From NCBI RefSeq assembly GCF_009914755.1, contig NC_060941.1: DNA of 64,000 nucleotides; one strand, written 5' to 3'. The DNA comes from the human T2T-CHM13v2.0 reference genome, Homo sapiens. A program made the translations under genes and the position numbers. Under the pieces are notes generated by a model. That model searched no databases. It saw only the letters and a list, made by a program, of their open reading frames with translations, and had not been told where the DNA came from. Positions 12,932 to 27,400 of this stretch are shown in pieces. Each line of letters starts with the position of its first letter. The first letter of the stretch is position 1.

Positions 12932-13288
12932 GACTGGGTATGGCGGCTCATGCCTGTAATCCCAGTGATTTGGGAGGCTAAGAAAGGAGAATTGCTTGGG
13001 CCCAGGAGTTCAAGACCAGCCTGAGGCAACGTAGCAAGATCCCATCTCAACAAAAAATGCAAAAACTAGCCAGGTGTGGTGACATGCGCCTGTGGTCCCA
13101 ACTACTTGGGAGGCTGAAGCAGGAGGATCTCTTTAAGTGATCCAAGAGTTCAAGGCTGCAGTGAGCTGTTATCACGCCATTGCACTCCAGTCTGGGCAAC
13201 AGAGCAAAACCCTGTCTCAAAAAAAACCCAACCAACCAACCAACCAAAAAACAAAAACAAAACAAAACAAAACAAAAAACAAAAAAAA
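12932..13288 (+). mobile_element. AluJ with (CAAC)/(CAAAA) tail
   Basis: Alu dimer with J-type 'gagttcaaggctgcagtgagct'. Confidence 0.93.
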
Positions 13289-13800
13289 TCAGCTTTCCAA
13301 CATAACACTTACCTGAAAGGTTAATATTAAAAAGATAATTTTAACAGAAGCTGACAGTGTTCTGAAATTAACTGTATTATTTGACACCAGATCACTAGCT
13401 TTGGTGATTTGTTCTTCATGTTTATTCCTATAGCAGCTTTCATTAGCTGCCTGTTAACCCCTCATTTCCTTTGTCTTGGAAGTGGGACCACCAGGTCCCT
13501 ATGACTTACGGGCTTTTGCACTCTGGGCCTCACAGATCCATGATCTTAGAGGTAGAGAGGACTTTGGCAACTGATCATTACCTGCTGATTTCCTCTGAGG
13601 CAGACTCTGTGCCAAAAAGCCACATGATCACTTAGGATTCTAGTCATAGAGAAGGAGGCCCTCTCTCATCCATGGTTTCTGGGGGCTTGTATTTCCTATC
13701 TGTGCCTCAAAGCACTTCTTGAAGGATATTCTCTGCCATTAGAACTATCCTGAGTTCCCCTTCCCCTGCCTGTCAGATGTAGTATTCTGCAAGAGTTTGC

Positions 13801-14027
13801 TTAGTGTTTAAGCATGTGGGCTCTGGAGACAACAGATGTTCTAATCCCTACCAGGCTGCTTGCTGGCTGTGCTACTTGGGTAGGTAATTAACCTCTCTGA
13901 TCTTGACTGTAAAATGAGTATTATAATAGCACAAGAGGGTTATGGTGAGCAAGAGAGGAATGAATAGACATAAACTGCTTAGACTCATGGCTGGCGCATG
14001 GTGAGCACTCAACAGAAGCATTAGCAA
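13801..14027 (+). mobile_element. MIR SINE
   Basis: 'gggctctggag...cttgggtaggtaattaacctctctga...ctgtaaaatgag...gagcactcaac'. Confidence 0.8.
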
Positions 14028-14502
14028 TTGTTTGTACCTCCCTGTAGTTGTGCTTTTCTCTCTCTGCCTCATATCCCGAGTTGGAAACATGACTCATGCT
14101 CCCCTACGGGATGGGAAGGATCGTGTCAAGGGCAGGAGCTGTATCTACTCATCCTTCAGCATCTAAACCTCAGCATGGCATCTTGGGCTTACTAGGAGCT
14201 CAAGAAATGAGTGACTTGAAACTCCTCTGCCCTCACCCTGAGCATATTTGGCAAATTCCAGAAAAACAGGCATCTGCTGCTCTTCTCTTTCACCTAAAAG
14301 TGAAGTTCTCCGATGTAATCTCCTGCAAGATCCTTGCCAGGATTTTGATTCTCTAAATTTCTTTCCCCAAATCATTCTTTTCACCCTCCTGGCTGCCCAC
14401 TGCTCGCTTGTTCTCTCCCCTCCTCCTCAGCCTTCCTGGAGTCCCCCTGCCAAGCCTGCCCTGGTGTTCTAGTGCAGTTGGTTGACTACCGTGAACCACA
14501 GA

Positions 14503-14873
14503 CTTCAAAACAGCGAGAAGAGGATTTTGAATGTTCTCATCACAATGACAAGTGTTTGAGATGATAGATATGCTAATCACCCTGATTTGATCATTATACC
14601 ATGTATACATCTATCAAAATGCTTTGAAATAAAATATGCAGCTGGTTGTGGTGGCGTGCACCTGTAGTTCTAGCTACTTGGGTGGCTGAGGCAGGAGGAT
14701 TGCTTGAGCCTAGAAGTTCAAGATTGCAGTGAGCTAGGATTGTGTCACTTCAGTCTGGGTGGCGGAGCAAGACCCTGACACTCCCCTCCCCTCACATTTA
14801 CACTGTACCTCAGAAATATACACAATTATTATGTGTCAATTGAAAACAAAATAAAATTTGAAAACTAAAATAA
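14503..14873 (+). mobile_element. L1MA 3' end, interrupted by an Alu monomer
   Basis: 'gaggattttgaatgttctca...atatgctaatcaccctgatttgatcattatac...tgtgtcaattgaaaacaaaataaaa'. Confidence 0.8.
14639..14779 (+). mobile_element. Alu right-arm monomer (FRAM-like)
   Basis: 'gtggcgtgcacctgtagttctagctacttggg...gagcaagaccctg'. Confidence 0.85.
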
Positions 14874-15029
14874 GAACGGCCCAGTCCCTCATTTTGGTCA
14901 TCTGATAAGATGCTTTTTCCGTTGTACTCAGGGCTTTTAAGTTTTTAATCTGGAAGTGTGGCTAATAGAGATGAAGGGCGGAGGGTTGGACATGGAGCTT
15001 TTGAGTTCTTTATCATGCGCTGTCAGTAG

Positions 15030-15358
<329 letters not shown>

Positions 15359-15747
15359 TCTTTTTATGACCCTTTTGGTCCCATCCCCACTTTGAAACTC
15401 ACTTTCTCATTCAGTAGCCAAAGAGCCACCAGGTGAAGAAAGAAGCCGCCTGAGCGCTCTTCAGGCCACACCCACAAAGGTCTATCCATCACTCTGTGAT
15501 TCTCTTCTAGGTCCCCAGCAAGCCTTCGTCTCTGGTCTGCTGTATATTTCTGATGGAATGACAAAAGGCCTGATCAGTTAAATAGGAGGGCAGAAATAAA
15601 TTAGATACCAATGCAGTGTACTGTGAAAAAATGTACTCATTGGTGAAACCTTGACCAACTGATATTATCCCTTTCTTTTCTAAGTTTTCACTGCTCTTCC
15701 CTACTGTTGGTCTGAGGAAGTATTGAATAGCCTGAGTGGTGGATAGG

Positions 15748-16456
<709 letters not shown>

Positions 16457-16771
16457 GAATAGGAGATGCTTTGATGTAGTTGTGCGATCAAAGTTTTGGT
16501 ATCAGTGTGAACTGGGGTTTTTAATATCTAAAAATAGGACTGTTCTGTAAAATCTGAAAATGACTGGAAGAAACTATTGCTTCTTCCTGAAGGAAAAGAA
16601 GGTAGATGTATTGGGGCAGGTTTGAAGGTGCTGATGGAGAAAACATGAACCCACTGCAACCACACCGAATCCAGTCCACTTACGCTAGAGACAAACCACC
16701 AAACCCTAGGAAGTATAGAGCCTTGACACAAAGGGATTAAAACAAAACAAAACAAAAAAACCTCCCTTTTT

Positions 16772-17093
<322 letters not shown>

Positions 17094-17862
17094 TCATTTA
17101 CAATGGAAGAGAAATGATCTCTTCGGGTTTCAATTTCTAACAGGAGGTAGCTTCCAGTCAGATTTATTGGTCAAGACTCCGTTGAAAATGAAAGAAACCC
17201 ATCTGAAACTGAAGTTTCATGTAATTGAAAAGTTCAGGGGCAGAGCAAAATGAATGCAGATGTGCTTGATCCCAGGGTTCCAAAGATTTCCTCAGGAGCC
17301 TATTTTTCTCCATCTCTTAGTTCTGCTCTCCATTCTGGCTTCGTTTTTAGTCACTGCGATCACTTCCTCCCCAAAGGGAACTGACCCATTGTCCTGACTT
17401 ATATCACCATTGATTAGTTTTGCCTGTTTTTGAATTTTATCTAAATGAAATCATACTATGCACCTTTTATTGTCTGCTTCTTTTACCTGATTTAATCATT
17501 GCACAATGTATAGTATTGTAAGAGTTATCCATTTGTGGATGCCGTCCACATGTTATGTTTATGAGAGCCATGCATTTTGTTGAACATGGTTGTAGTTCAT
17601 TTTCAGTGCTATTTGTGTACTGTGCAAATATACCACAGTGAACAATTTGTTTTACTGTAGATGGACACTTCCCCCCAAGTTTTACTATTACCGATGATGT
17701 TGCTGTAAACATTTATATAAACATATATAATATTTTATATATAAATGTTTTATATATATTTATATATAAAATGTTGCTGTAAACATATATATATATTTTG
17801 CATATAAATACATATATCTTAGAAGTAGAATTGCTGGGTGAGAGGATTTGCATGTATTCAAC

Positions 17863-18182
17863 TTTATTTTATTTTATTATTTTATTTTATATTTTTCTGA
17901 GACAGGGTCTCACTCCCATCGCTCAGGATGGAGTACAGTGGTACAATCCTGGCTCACTGCAGCCCCGGCTTTCTGGGCTCAGGTGATCCTCCCACTTCAG
18001 CCTCTCAAGTAGCAGGGACTACAGGCATGTGCCACCACACCCTGCTATTTAAAAAATATTTTTAGTAGAGATGGGGTTTCTCCATGTTGCCCAGGCTGGT
18101 CTGGAACTCCTGGCCCAAGCGATCAGCCTTTCTTTGCCTCCCAAAGTGCTAAGATTACAGGCATGAGGCACCGCACCCAGCC
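17863..18182 (-). mobile_element. AluJ
   Basis: 'gagacagggtctcactc...ctcactgcagcc...gattacaggcatgagg'. Confidence 0.93.
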
Positions 18183-19331
18183 AGCTTGCACTCAGCTTTA
18201 GAAGATAATGCAAGACAGTTTTCCTAAGGCGATTGAATGAATTTATATGCCCACCAGCTCTTTATGAGAGTTTCATTTGCTCCACATCAGTCTTTTTTAA
18301 ATTTCATTACTCTCATGGTGTGTTGTGATTCCCCATAGTAATATAATTTGATTTGCCCTGATTTGCAAAAAGGTGAGGGCTTTTCAATATGTTTATTTGC
18401 CACTTAATAAGTGCCCTGCTTTCTAAGGAACCTGTTCAAATCTTTTGCCCATTTTTGAGAGGTTTTCTTATTGATATGAAGGTTTTTAAAAATATATATT
18501 CTGGATACTAATATTTTTTGGGATATGTGTACAAAAATATATTTTCCCACTCTGAGTGCCTTCTTATTCTCTTACAATGTCTAATAATGAATACAAGTTT
18601 TTAATTTTAATATAATCCAATTTACCATTATTTCCCTTTGGAGTTTGTGTTTTTGCATCCGGTTTAAGATGTCTAAAAGCTTATTGTTTTACTGTTCGTA
18701 TTTAGATGTATTATCCATATGGAATATATTTTTATGTATGATTTGATTCATTTTTTTCCATATTGATATCTGATTCACTCAGTACTGCTTAATGAAGACA
18801 TTGGTCTTTCTCTAATGCTCTAAAGTGACATTTTTGTCATAAATCAAATGTCTTTCTGTGTGTATATGTGTGTGCATGTATACATTTCATTAATTGCATT
18901 GTCTATTGTCTGTCCTGTATTAATACTACACTGTTTTAATTATTCTAGTTTTATAACACACACTGACATCTGGTAGTGTAAATCGGTTCTTCTTCAAGAT
19001 TGTCTTGACTTTTAACATTAGAATCACCTCACCAGCTTTCATATACATACAAAGCCTACTGAGATACTGAGTAGGACTATATTGAATCTATAACTTGGAT
19101 TGGGAGAGTATACATATGCAATATATATAACATTGAGCCTTTTAATCCATGAACATCATGTATCTCTCTATTATTTAGATATTCTCTAATTTCTTTCAAT
19201 AATGTTTTATAATTTTCTGGGTATATGGCTTTTTACATCTTCCTTTTGGTTTATTTTCAGGTATTTGATATATTTTTGGTTATGTTGTGTTACTATTTTT
19301 AGTATTTCATTTTCTTATTTTTATTGCTAAT

Positions 19332-19672
19332 TGTATTTGTCTGTTCTTATGCTGCTAATAAAGACATACCAAAGACTGGGTAATTTATAATTGACTCACA
19401 GTTCTTCATGGCTGGGGAGGCCTCACAATCATGGCAGAAGGTGAATGAAGAGCAAAGTCACGTCTTACATGGTGGCAAGCAAAAAGGCTTGTGCAGGAGA
19501 ACTCCCATTTATAAAATCATCAGATCTCATGAGACTTATTCACTACTATGAGAACAGTATGGGGGAAACCTCACCTATGATTCAATTATCTCCACCTGGC
19601 CCTGCCCTTGACACATGGAGATTGTTACAATTCAAGGTGAGATTTGGGTGGGGACACATCCAAACCATATCA
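19332..19672 (-). mobile_element. THE1 (THE1C-like) MaLR solo LTR
   Basis: TG...CA termini, 'gagatttgggtggggacacatccaaaccatatca' end, 5-bp TSD ctaat/ctaac. Confidence 0.92.
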
Positions 19673-22600
19673 CTAACGAATAAAAATACAATGCATTTTT
19701 GTGTATTGAATTTCTGTCTATTGACCTTGCTAAGTTCGCTTATTGATTCTAATAAAATATCTGTAGATTCTTTTGAATTTCCTATACACATAATCTTGCC
19801 ATGTGTGAGGAATGAATTTTTTTCCCTTTCAGTCTTTAACATTTTTGTTTCTTTTTATTTTGTTTGCTGTACTGGCTAGAATCTTTAGTACAATGTTGAA
19901 TCGAAACTGAGAGTTGATGTCATTATTCTCCTGATATGATGGGAAAATCTTTTATTATTTTATTATTGAGTTATGATTGATGTAAATGCTTTTCTAAATA
20001 CCTTTTGGCAGGCTGAGAAAATTACCTTCCATTTCTAGTTTACTACATTTTATCATGATTGGATATTGAGGCTTATCACATACTTTTTTTGCATCTTTTC
20101 AGATGATCATATAATTTTTAAAATTCCATTGATTGATTTTGAAATGTTAAACTAACTCTATATGGCAGGGATAAGCCACTCTTTCCTTTGATGTATTGTT
20201 TTTGTATCGCTGAATTTGATTTGCTGTTCTTTGGTTCAGAACTTTTGCAACTTTGCTCATGAGAGATACTGGCCTGTATTTTCCCTACTTGTAATATACT
20301 TGCCAAGTTTCAGTAATAAGATTTTATTGGTTTCATAAAATCAGTTGGGAAGCATTTCCTTTTTTCCCCAGTCCCTAGAAGTTTTGTTCAAAATTATTAT
20401 TTCTTCCGTAAATGTTCAGTGGATCTCAGTGATGAAGCTCTCTGAGATTGGAATTTTCTTTGTGGGGAGGTTCAAAGTTATAAATTCAATTTCTTTATCA
20501 GGTATAGGATTATTTAGATTTTTTGTTTCTTCTTATGCTGGTTTTGTAAACTGTATTTTTCTAGGAATGTCATGTCATCTGAAATTTTAAATATATTTGC
20601 ATAAAGTTGTTCAAAAACACATGTATTTTTTACTGTTTCTTGATTATCCATAGGATCTGTGGTGATAGTCTCCTTTTCAGATCCGATACTGGAAATTTGT
20701 ACCTTCTCACTTCTTGACCAGTTGTATTACTTTTTTGAACAGGTAATTTAAAAAAAAAAAAATCAGTTGTTTTGGGGTCTTTTTAAAGAAATATTTTTTG
20801 ACTCTGTTAATTCTATTTTGTATTTGTTTTCTATTTCACCAATTTTCCTCTTCTAATCATAATTTTCTTCTTTTTAGTTTCTTGAGTTTGTTTTTAAAAA
20901 TCTTTATGATATTGAGATGGATACTTAAATCACTGTTTTTTAGTCTTTTTCTAGTGCATGTATTTAAGGCTATAATTTACCTCCGAGTACCACTTTAGTG
21001 ATAGCCTAAAGTTTTGATATGCCATATTGTCATAATCACTCTATTAAAAGGGTTTTCTAGTCTATTTCTATTTATCCTTTTACCTATTAGTTATTTAAAA
21101 GCATTTTAAGCATTTGAGCATATTATATTATCTTTTATATTGATTTCTAATGTTATTCCACTGAACTCAGAGAATATACTCTGCATGGCTTCAGATTTTT
21201 GAAATTTATTGAAACTTACTGTAAGGGTTGGCATATAGTTTATAGGTTAACTTTAACTTTGTAATGCTCCATGTGAACTTGAAAAAAATGTGTATTCTGC
21301 AGTTGTTGAGTTCAGTGTTTTTTCTGTCAATTAGGTTAAGTTTGCTCACATTTTCTATATTTTAACTAACTTTTTGTCTGCTTATTTCATCAGTTACTTA
21401 AAGAAATGTATTTAAGTCTCCAATTTTGATTGTGGCTTTATCTATTTAAAAAAAATTTTGCTTTAGTGATGAATTAGCATTTTTTATTATTCCACTTTTT
21501 CTCCTTTACTGTTAGCTATATATTCTTTTACTCATCTTTTAATGATTAATGTTAGTGACAAAAGCATACTTCCTTGACATATAAGTGTGTAAATTGGTAT
21601 TTTTCTTGCTTTCCTCATAAGGTTTCCCCACCTTTTGTGTTTTTTAAGTATTTTACATGCCTTTTAAGTCCACAAGGAATTGTTATTATTCTATTGTACC
21701 TCAAAAATTTATTTAGATTTACTGCATATATACTCTTTCTCTTGGTCCTCATTCTGTCTTGCATTTCTGGATTTCCTCTTAGGTAATTTTCCCCACTTTT
21801 TTCCCCCGAAGAACTTCCTTTAGTATTCCTTTTAAACCAGTTTTGTTGGTAATTGCTTATTTAATATACTTCATCTCACTTTTGGTTTTTTAATAGAATA
21901 TTTTCACAGGTTAGGTAATTGGGCTGCCAATTATTTTCTTTCAGCATTTTAAAGGATGATGTTCCATTGTCTCCTGACTTCTATCTTCTCTGTTAAAAAG
22001 TCATCTGTAAGTCTTATTGATCGTTTGAAGTAAAGGTTATCTTCTCTCTCTATTGTTGCTTTTCAGCAGTTCTACTATGATATGCTAAGGTGTAATTTTT
22101 CTTTGTTTAATTTTACTTGGATATGATAGTGTTTCTTAAAACTATGGCTTGCTGTCTTTCTCCAGTTTTGAAAATTTTTCTTGTTATTAACTTTTGAAAT
22201 AAAATTTTATCTTCATTTTCTTTCCTCCTAGGATTTTAATTACACATTTATTACAGTCTTTACCATGACCCATATGCCTCTCGTATGACTTCCTGTACTT
22301 TTCATTGTCTTTTCTTGCTGCACCTCAGCCTGGGAGCACAGCTATATCCTTTCTTCAGCTGTGCTTAGCCTGCTGTTAGATCCACTTATTGAGTTATTAA
22401 CTTCATGTATTCACTTTTCAGTTCTAGATTTTATATTTCATTCTTTCTTACAGATTTAAATTTTCTACTAAATTTCTCTACGTTTTATATATTTTAGTGA
22501 ACATATTAATGTTAGTTATTTAAGAAGCCATAGAAGATAACTAATATCTGTATCATCTGTGAGTCTGTTTCTATTACCTTTTTTCCCCATCTTGATATTT

Positions 22601-24418
22601 GGTCTTTTGGTTCTGTGTCCTTGTATGTCTGATGTTTTTTGACTGGTTGTTGGACATTACGTATAAAAAATAATATAGGCTTTTAGCCCTTTTCTTTGGC
22701 TAATTAGCCCAAATTAGCATTTTAAATTATTGCATTGTTTCTCCTTTATTGTTACTTATCCTTTTACCCTTCTGTGAATGAAGAAATTCGAATTTCAGCA
22801 CAATGGTGCTTATAAAGTAGCAAATGCTTTGAGTCCCTTCTCTATCTGTGATTTTGGTTTAGCTCCTGTCTGTCTTGTTATCTCTGATTCCTTTAAACAC
22901 GTATTACTTATTTTTTTCTTTTTTAGAAAACCTAATTGTTCTAGCTGTTCTCAGTGGGAGATACAATGTAGCTTGTCTTAGCTAGAAGCAGAAATCTTCT
23001 AGAAGTCTTCCTCCTTGAGTTGTAAAACCCTTTTCTCTAAATATCTTAGGCTCCTGAAACCATAGGCTTAGCCTCATTGTATTGTGCTCAAAGAAGACTG
23101 TGGAGGTTACATATCATAAATAAAATTACACTTATTTCTCCTTATTATACATTGTATTGGTTCTCTTATAGGACGTTAAAGAAATAATTTTTTAAAAAAC
23201 TCTTGCTAAAAAATTCTCCTAACTTTGAGTCTTTAAGGGATGAAGTCTTTGAGTCTTTTCACTCCTCTATGCTAGTAGAAGATTTATTCATATTTCCCAG
23301 ATTTATCTGTAGTTTAAAAATATTATGTTACGGATGTGGATCTTGTGGCTTCTATTAATGAAAGAAAGTGGTCGCTTTCACAATGCTTCAATAGGTGGAA
23401 AATAACAGGTTGTTGGAAGTTTTGCCATGCTGAATTATGTAGAACTGTAGGCAGACAGACTCTGTTTCTGAAACTGGCCTTGGACTATGTCATGTCCTGT
23501 TTGAGTTTGATTTTGATTTTGAATTTCTTTGTGGGAATATGTTGGATTCTACATTCTTGACACATCTCTATTCATAAAACAAGATTCCCTCTGTATAGGA
23601 TTGTAATCACTTATCAGCTTTTTTAGAAGGTAAAGATTACTACTATCTAGTAGCAGTTCAGAGCAAATCCAGGCATTCCTTGTCATTCTGGTGACTAAAA
23701 GGAGGCTGCAGTTTTTATGCAAAATAAGGATGAGCATTGCAATTCCCTGAATCATGATTAACTTTAGATAATTAATTCAAAATTTATTAAAGCATTGTTG
23801 CCCAAAATGTCTGTAGATACTACCTTCTGATGTGATCAATATGTTCAATGGTAAAGATGTGGAGTGTGGGGTTCCATGAAAGGGAAGGGATCCTGGATTA
23901 AAAAACAAAGTTAAAAACCAAATTTATTTACTGGTCACTTCTCAGGGAAATCTGTGTCTTTGTAATATACATTGTGAGTCTCCAAGGTGGGAAAGGGTGA
24001 ATATAGAAGTGCAGCACTTCCCAAATGAATGTGAACTGTGCCCAACCTTAACTTTTTTACTAGTTCACAGAAAACTTACATTTTTGTTATAAACCCTAGG
24101 TTTCGTGATAATGCTGGGAGAGTAGGAGTGAGGAAATGTTGAACTAGAACTAGATGACATGATAAATTTCTACTCCTTATATTCATTTTCACTGTTGTCA
24201 TGTTAGGAAATGTTTCTTGTTTGTATGGAGTGTTTTTGGTACTGACTTTAAGCTCTTGGCAGGAAAGTTTCTATAGAAACTAAGCAATCAGCCAGACAGA
24301 ATGCTGAAAGCTCCTCCTTTCCTTTGAGAATTAAGTGTAGGTGTTGGAAAGAAGACAGAAGTAGTAATAGCTCCTGGGGGGAGGGTCCCCTTGGTTGATA
24401 CTGGACACCTCTTGTCTT

Positions 24419-27400
24419 TTTATTTTTACATTTCAAATTTTTATTTTTCCATAAGTTTTTGGGGTACAGGTGGTATTTGGTTAAATAAGTAAGCTTTTTA
24501 GTGGTGATTTGTGAGATTTTGGTGCACCCATAACCTGAGCAGTATACACTGCACCATATTTGTAGTCTTTTATCCCTTGTCCCCCCGATTCTTATCCCCA
24601 AGTTCCCAAAGTCCATTGTATCATTCTTATGACTTTCTGTCCTCATAGCTCAGCTCCCACATATCAGTGAGAGCATATTATGTTTGATTTTCCATTCCTG
24701 AGTTACTTAACTTAGAATACTAGTCTCCAATCTCATCCAGGCCACTGCAAATGCTGTTAATTCATTATTTTTTTTTATGGCTTCTTAGTATTCCATCATA
24801 TATATTTCATCACAGTTTCTTTATCCACTCGTTGATTGATGGGCATTTGGGTTGGTTTCACGATTTTGCTACTGTGAATTGTGCTGCTGTAAACATGTGT
24901 GTGCAAGTATCTTTTTTGAACAATGACTTTTTTTCCTCTGGGTAGATACCCGGTAGTGGGATTGCTGGATCACATAGTAGTTCTACTTTTAGTTCTTTAA
25001 GGAATCTCCACACTGTTTTCCATAGTGGCTGTACTAGTTTACATTCCCACCAGCAGTGTAGAAGTGTTCCCTGTTCACTGCATCCACGTCACCATCTACT
25101 GTTATTTGATTTTTTGATTATGGCCATTCTTGCCGGAGTAAGGTGGTATGCCATTGTGGTTTTGATATGCATTTCCCTGATCATTAGTGATGTTGAGCAT
25201 TTTTTCATGTGTTTCTTGGCCATTTGTATATCTTCTTTTGAGTATTGTCTATTCATGTCCTTAGCCCACTTTTTGGTGGGCATTGTTTGTTTTTTCCTTA
25301 CTGATTTAAGTTTGTTGTAGATTCTGGATATTAGTCCTTTGTCAGATGTACAGATTGTGAAGATTTTCTCCCACTTTGTGGGTTGTCTGTTTAGTTTGCT
25401 GACTGTTCTTTTTGCTGTGCAAAAGCTCTTTAGTTTAATTAGGTCCCAGCTATTTATGTTGGTTTTTATTGCGTTTGCTTTTGGGTTCTTGGTCATAAAA
25501 TCCTTGCCTAAGCCAATGTCTAGAATGGTTTTTCCAATGTTATCATCTAGAATTTTTACAGTTGCCGGCCTTAGGTTTAAGTCCTTAATCCATCTTGAGT
25601 TGATTTTTGTATACAGTGAGAGATGAGGATCCAGTTTCATTCTCCTACATGTGGCTAGCCTATTATCCCAGCACCATTTGTTGAAAAGGGTGTCTTTTCC
25701 CCACTTTATGTTTTAGTTTGCTTTGTCAAAGATCAGTTGGCTGTTAAGTATTTGGGTTTATTTCTGGGTTCTTTATTCTGTTCCATTGGTCTATGTGCCT
25801 ATGTTTATATCAGTATCACCTGTCTTGGTGACTATGGCCTTATAGTATAGTTTGAAATCAGGTAGTGTGATGCCTCCAGCTTTGTTCTTTTTGCTTACTC
25901 TTGCTTTGGCTCTGTGGGCTCTTTTTTGGTTCCATATGAATTTTAGAATTGTTTTTTCTAATTCTGTGAAGAATGATGGTGGTATTTCGATGGGGATAGC
26001 ATTGAATTTGTAGATTGCTTTTGGCAGTATGGTCATTTTTACAATATTGATTCTACCCATCCACGAGCATGGGATGTGTTTTCGTTTGTGTCGCCTATGA
26101 TTTCTATCAGCAGTGTTTTGTAGTTTTCCTTGTAGAGGTCTTTCAACTCCTTGGTTAGGTATATTCCTAAGTATTTTATTTTTTGAAGCTATTGTAAAAA
26201 AGGTTGAGTTCTTGATTTGATTCTCTGCTCGGTTGATGTTGGTGTATAGAAGAGCTACTGATTTGTGTACCTTAATCTTATATCCAGAAACTTTACTGAA
26301 TTCTTTTATCAGTTCTAGGAGCTTTCTGGAAGAGTCCTTAGGATTTTCAAGGTAAATGATCATATCATCAGCAAACAGTGACAATTTGACTTCCTCTTTA
26401 CCGATTTGTATGCCCTTTATTTCTTTCTCTTGTCTGATTGCTCTGGCTAGGACTTCTGGTACTGTGTTGAAGAGGAGTGGTGAGAGTGGGCATCTTTGTC
26501 TAGTTCCAGTTCTCAGAGGGAATGTTTTCAACTTACCCCATTCAGTATTATGTTGGCTGTGGGTTTGTCGTATATGGCTTTTATTACATTAAGGTTTGTC
26601 CCTTGTATGCCGATTTTGCTGAGAGTTTTACTCATAAAGGGATGCTGGATTTTGTAGAATGCCTTTTCTGCATCTGTTGAGGTGATCATGTGGTTTTTGT
26701 TTTTAATTCTGTTTATGTGGTGTATCACATTTATTGACTTGGGTATGTTAAACCATCCCTGCATCCCTGGTATGAAACACCCTTGATCATGGTGGATTAT
26801 CTTTTTGATATGTTGTTGGATTCGGTTAGCTAGTATTTTGTTAAGGACATTAGCATCAGTGTTCATCAAGGATATCGGTCTGTGGTTTTCTTTTTTGGTT
26901 ACGTCCTTTCCTGGTTTCAGTATTAGGGTGATGCTGGCTTCATAAAGTGAATTAGAGAGGGTTCCTTCTTTCTCTAGCTTGTGGAATAGTGTCAAAAGGA
27001 TTGGTACGAATTATTCTTTGAATGTCCGGTAGAATTCTGCAATGAATCTGTCTGGTCCTGGACTTTTTTTTGTTGGTAATTTTTAAATTACCATTTCAAT
27101 CTTGCTGCTTGCTATTGGTCTGTTCAGGGTATCTAATTCTTCCTGATTTAAGCTTGGAGGGTTGTATTTTTCCAGAAATTTATCCATCTCTTCTAAGTTT
27201 TCTAGTTTATGTGCATAAAGGTGTTCATAGTATGAATGATCTTTTGTATTTCAGTGGTGTCAGTTGTAATATCTCCTGTTTCGTTTCTTAGTGAGGTTAT
27301 TTGGATTTTCTCTTTCTTTTCTTGGTTAATCTTGCTAATGGTCTATCGATTTTATTTATCTTTTCAAAGAACCAGCTTTTTGTTTCATTTATCTTTTGTA

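Larger units (their letters stand above)
17370..22997 (-). mobile_element. Long ancient L1 (L1MC/L1ME-like), carrying nested AluJ and THE1 LTR
   Basis: Continuous degenerate antisense L1 text over ~5.6 kb ('tacaatgttgaat', 'aattcaatttctttatcaggtataggattatttagatt', 'aatgtgtattctgcagttgttg'). Confidence 0.75.
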
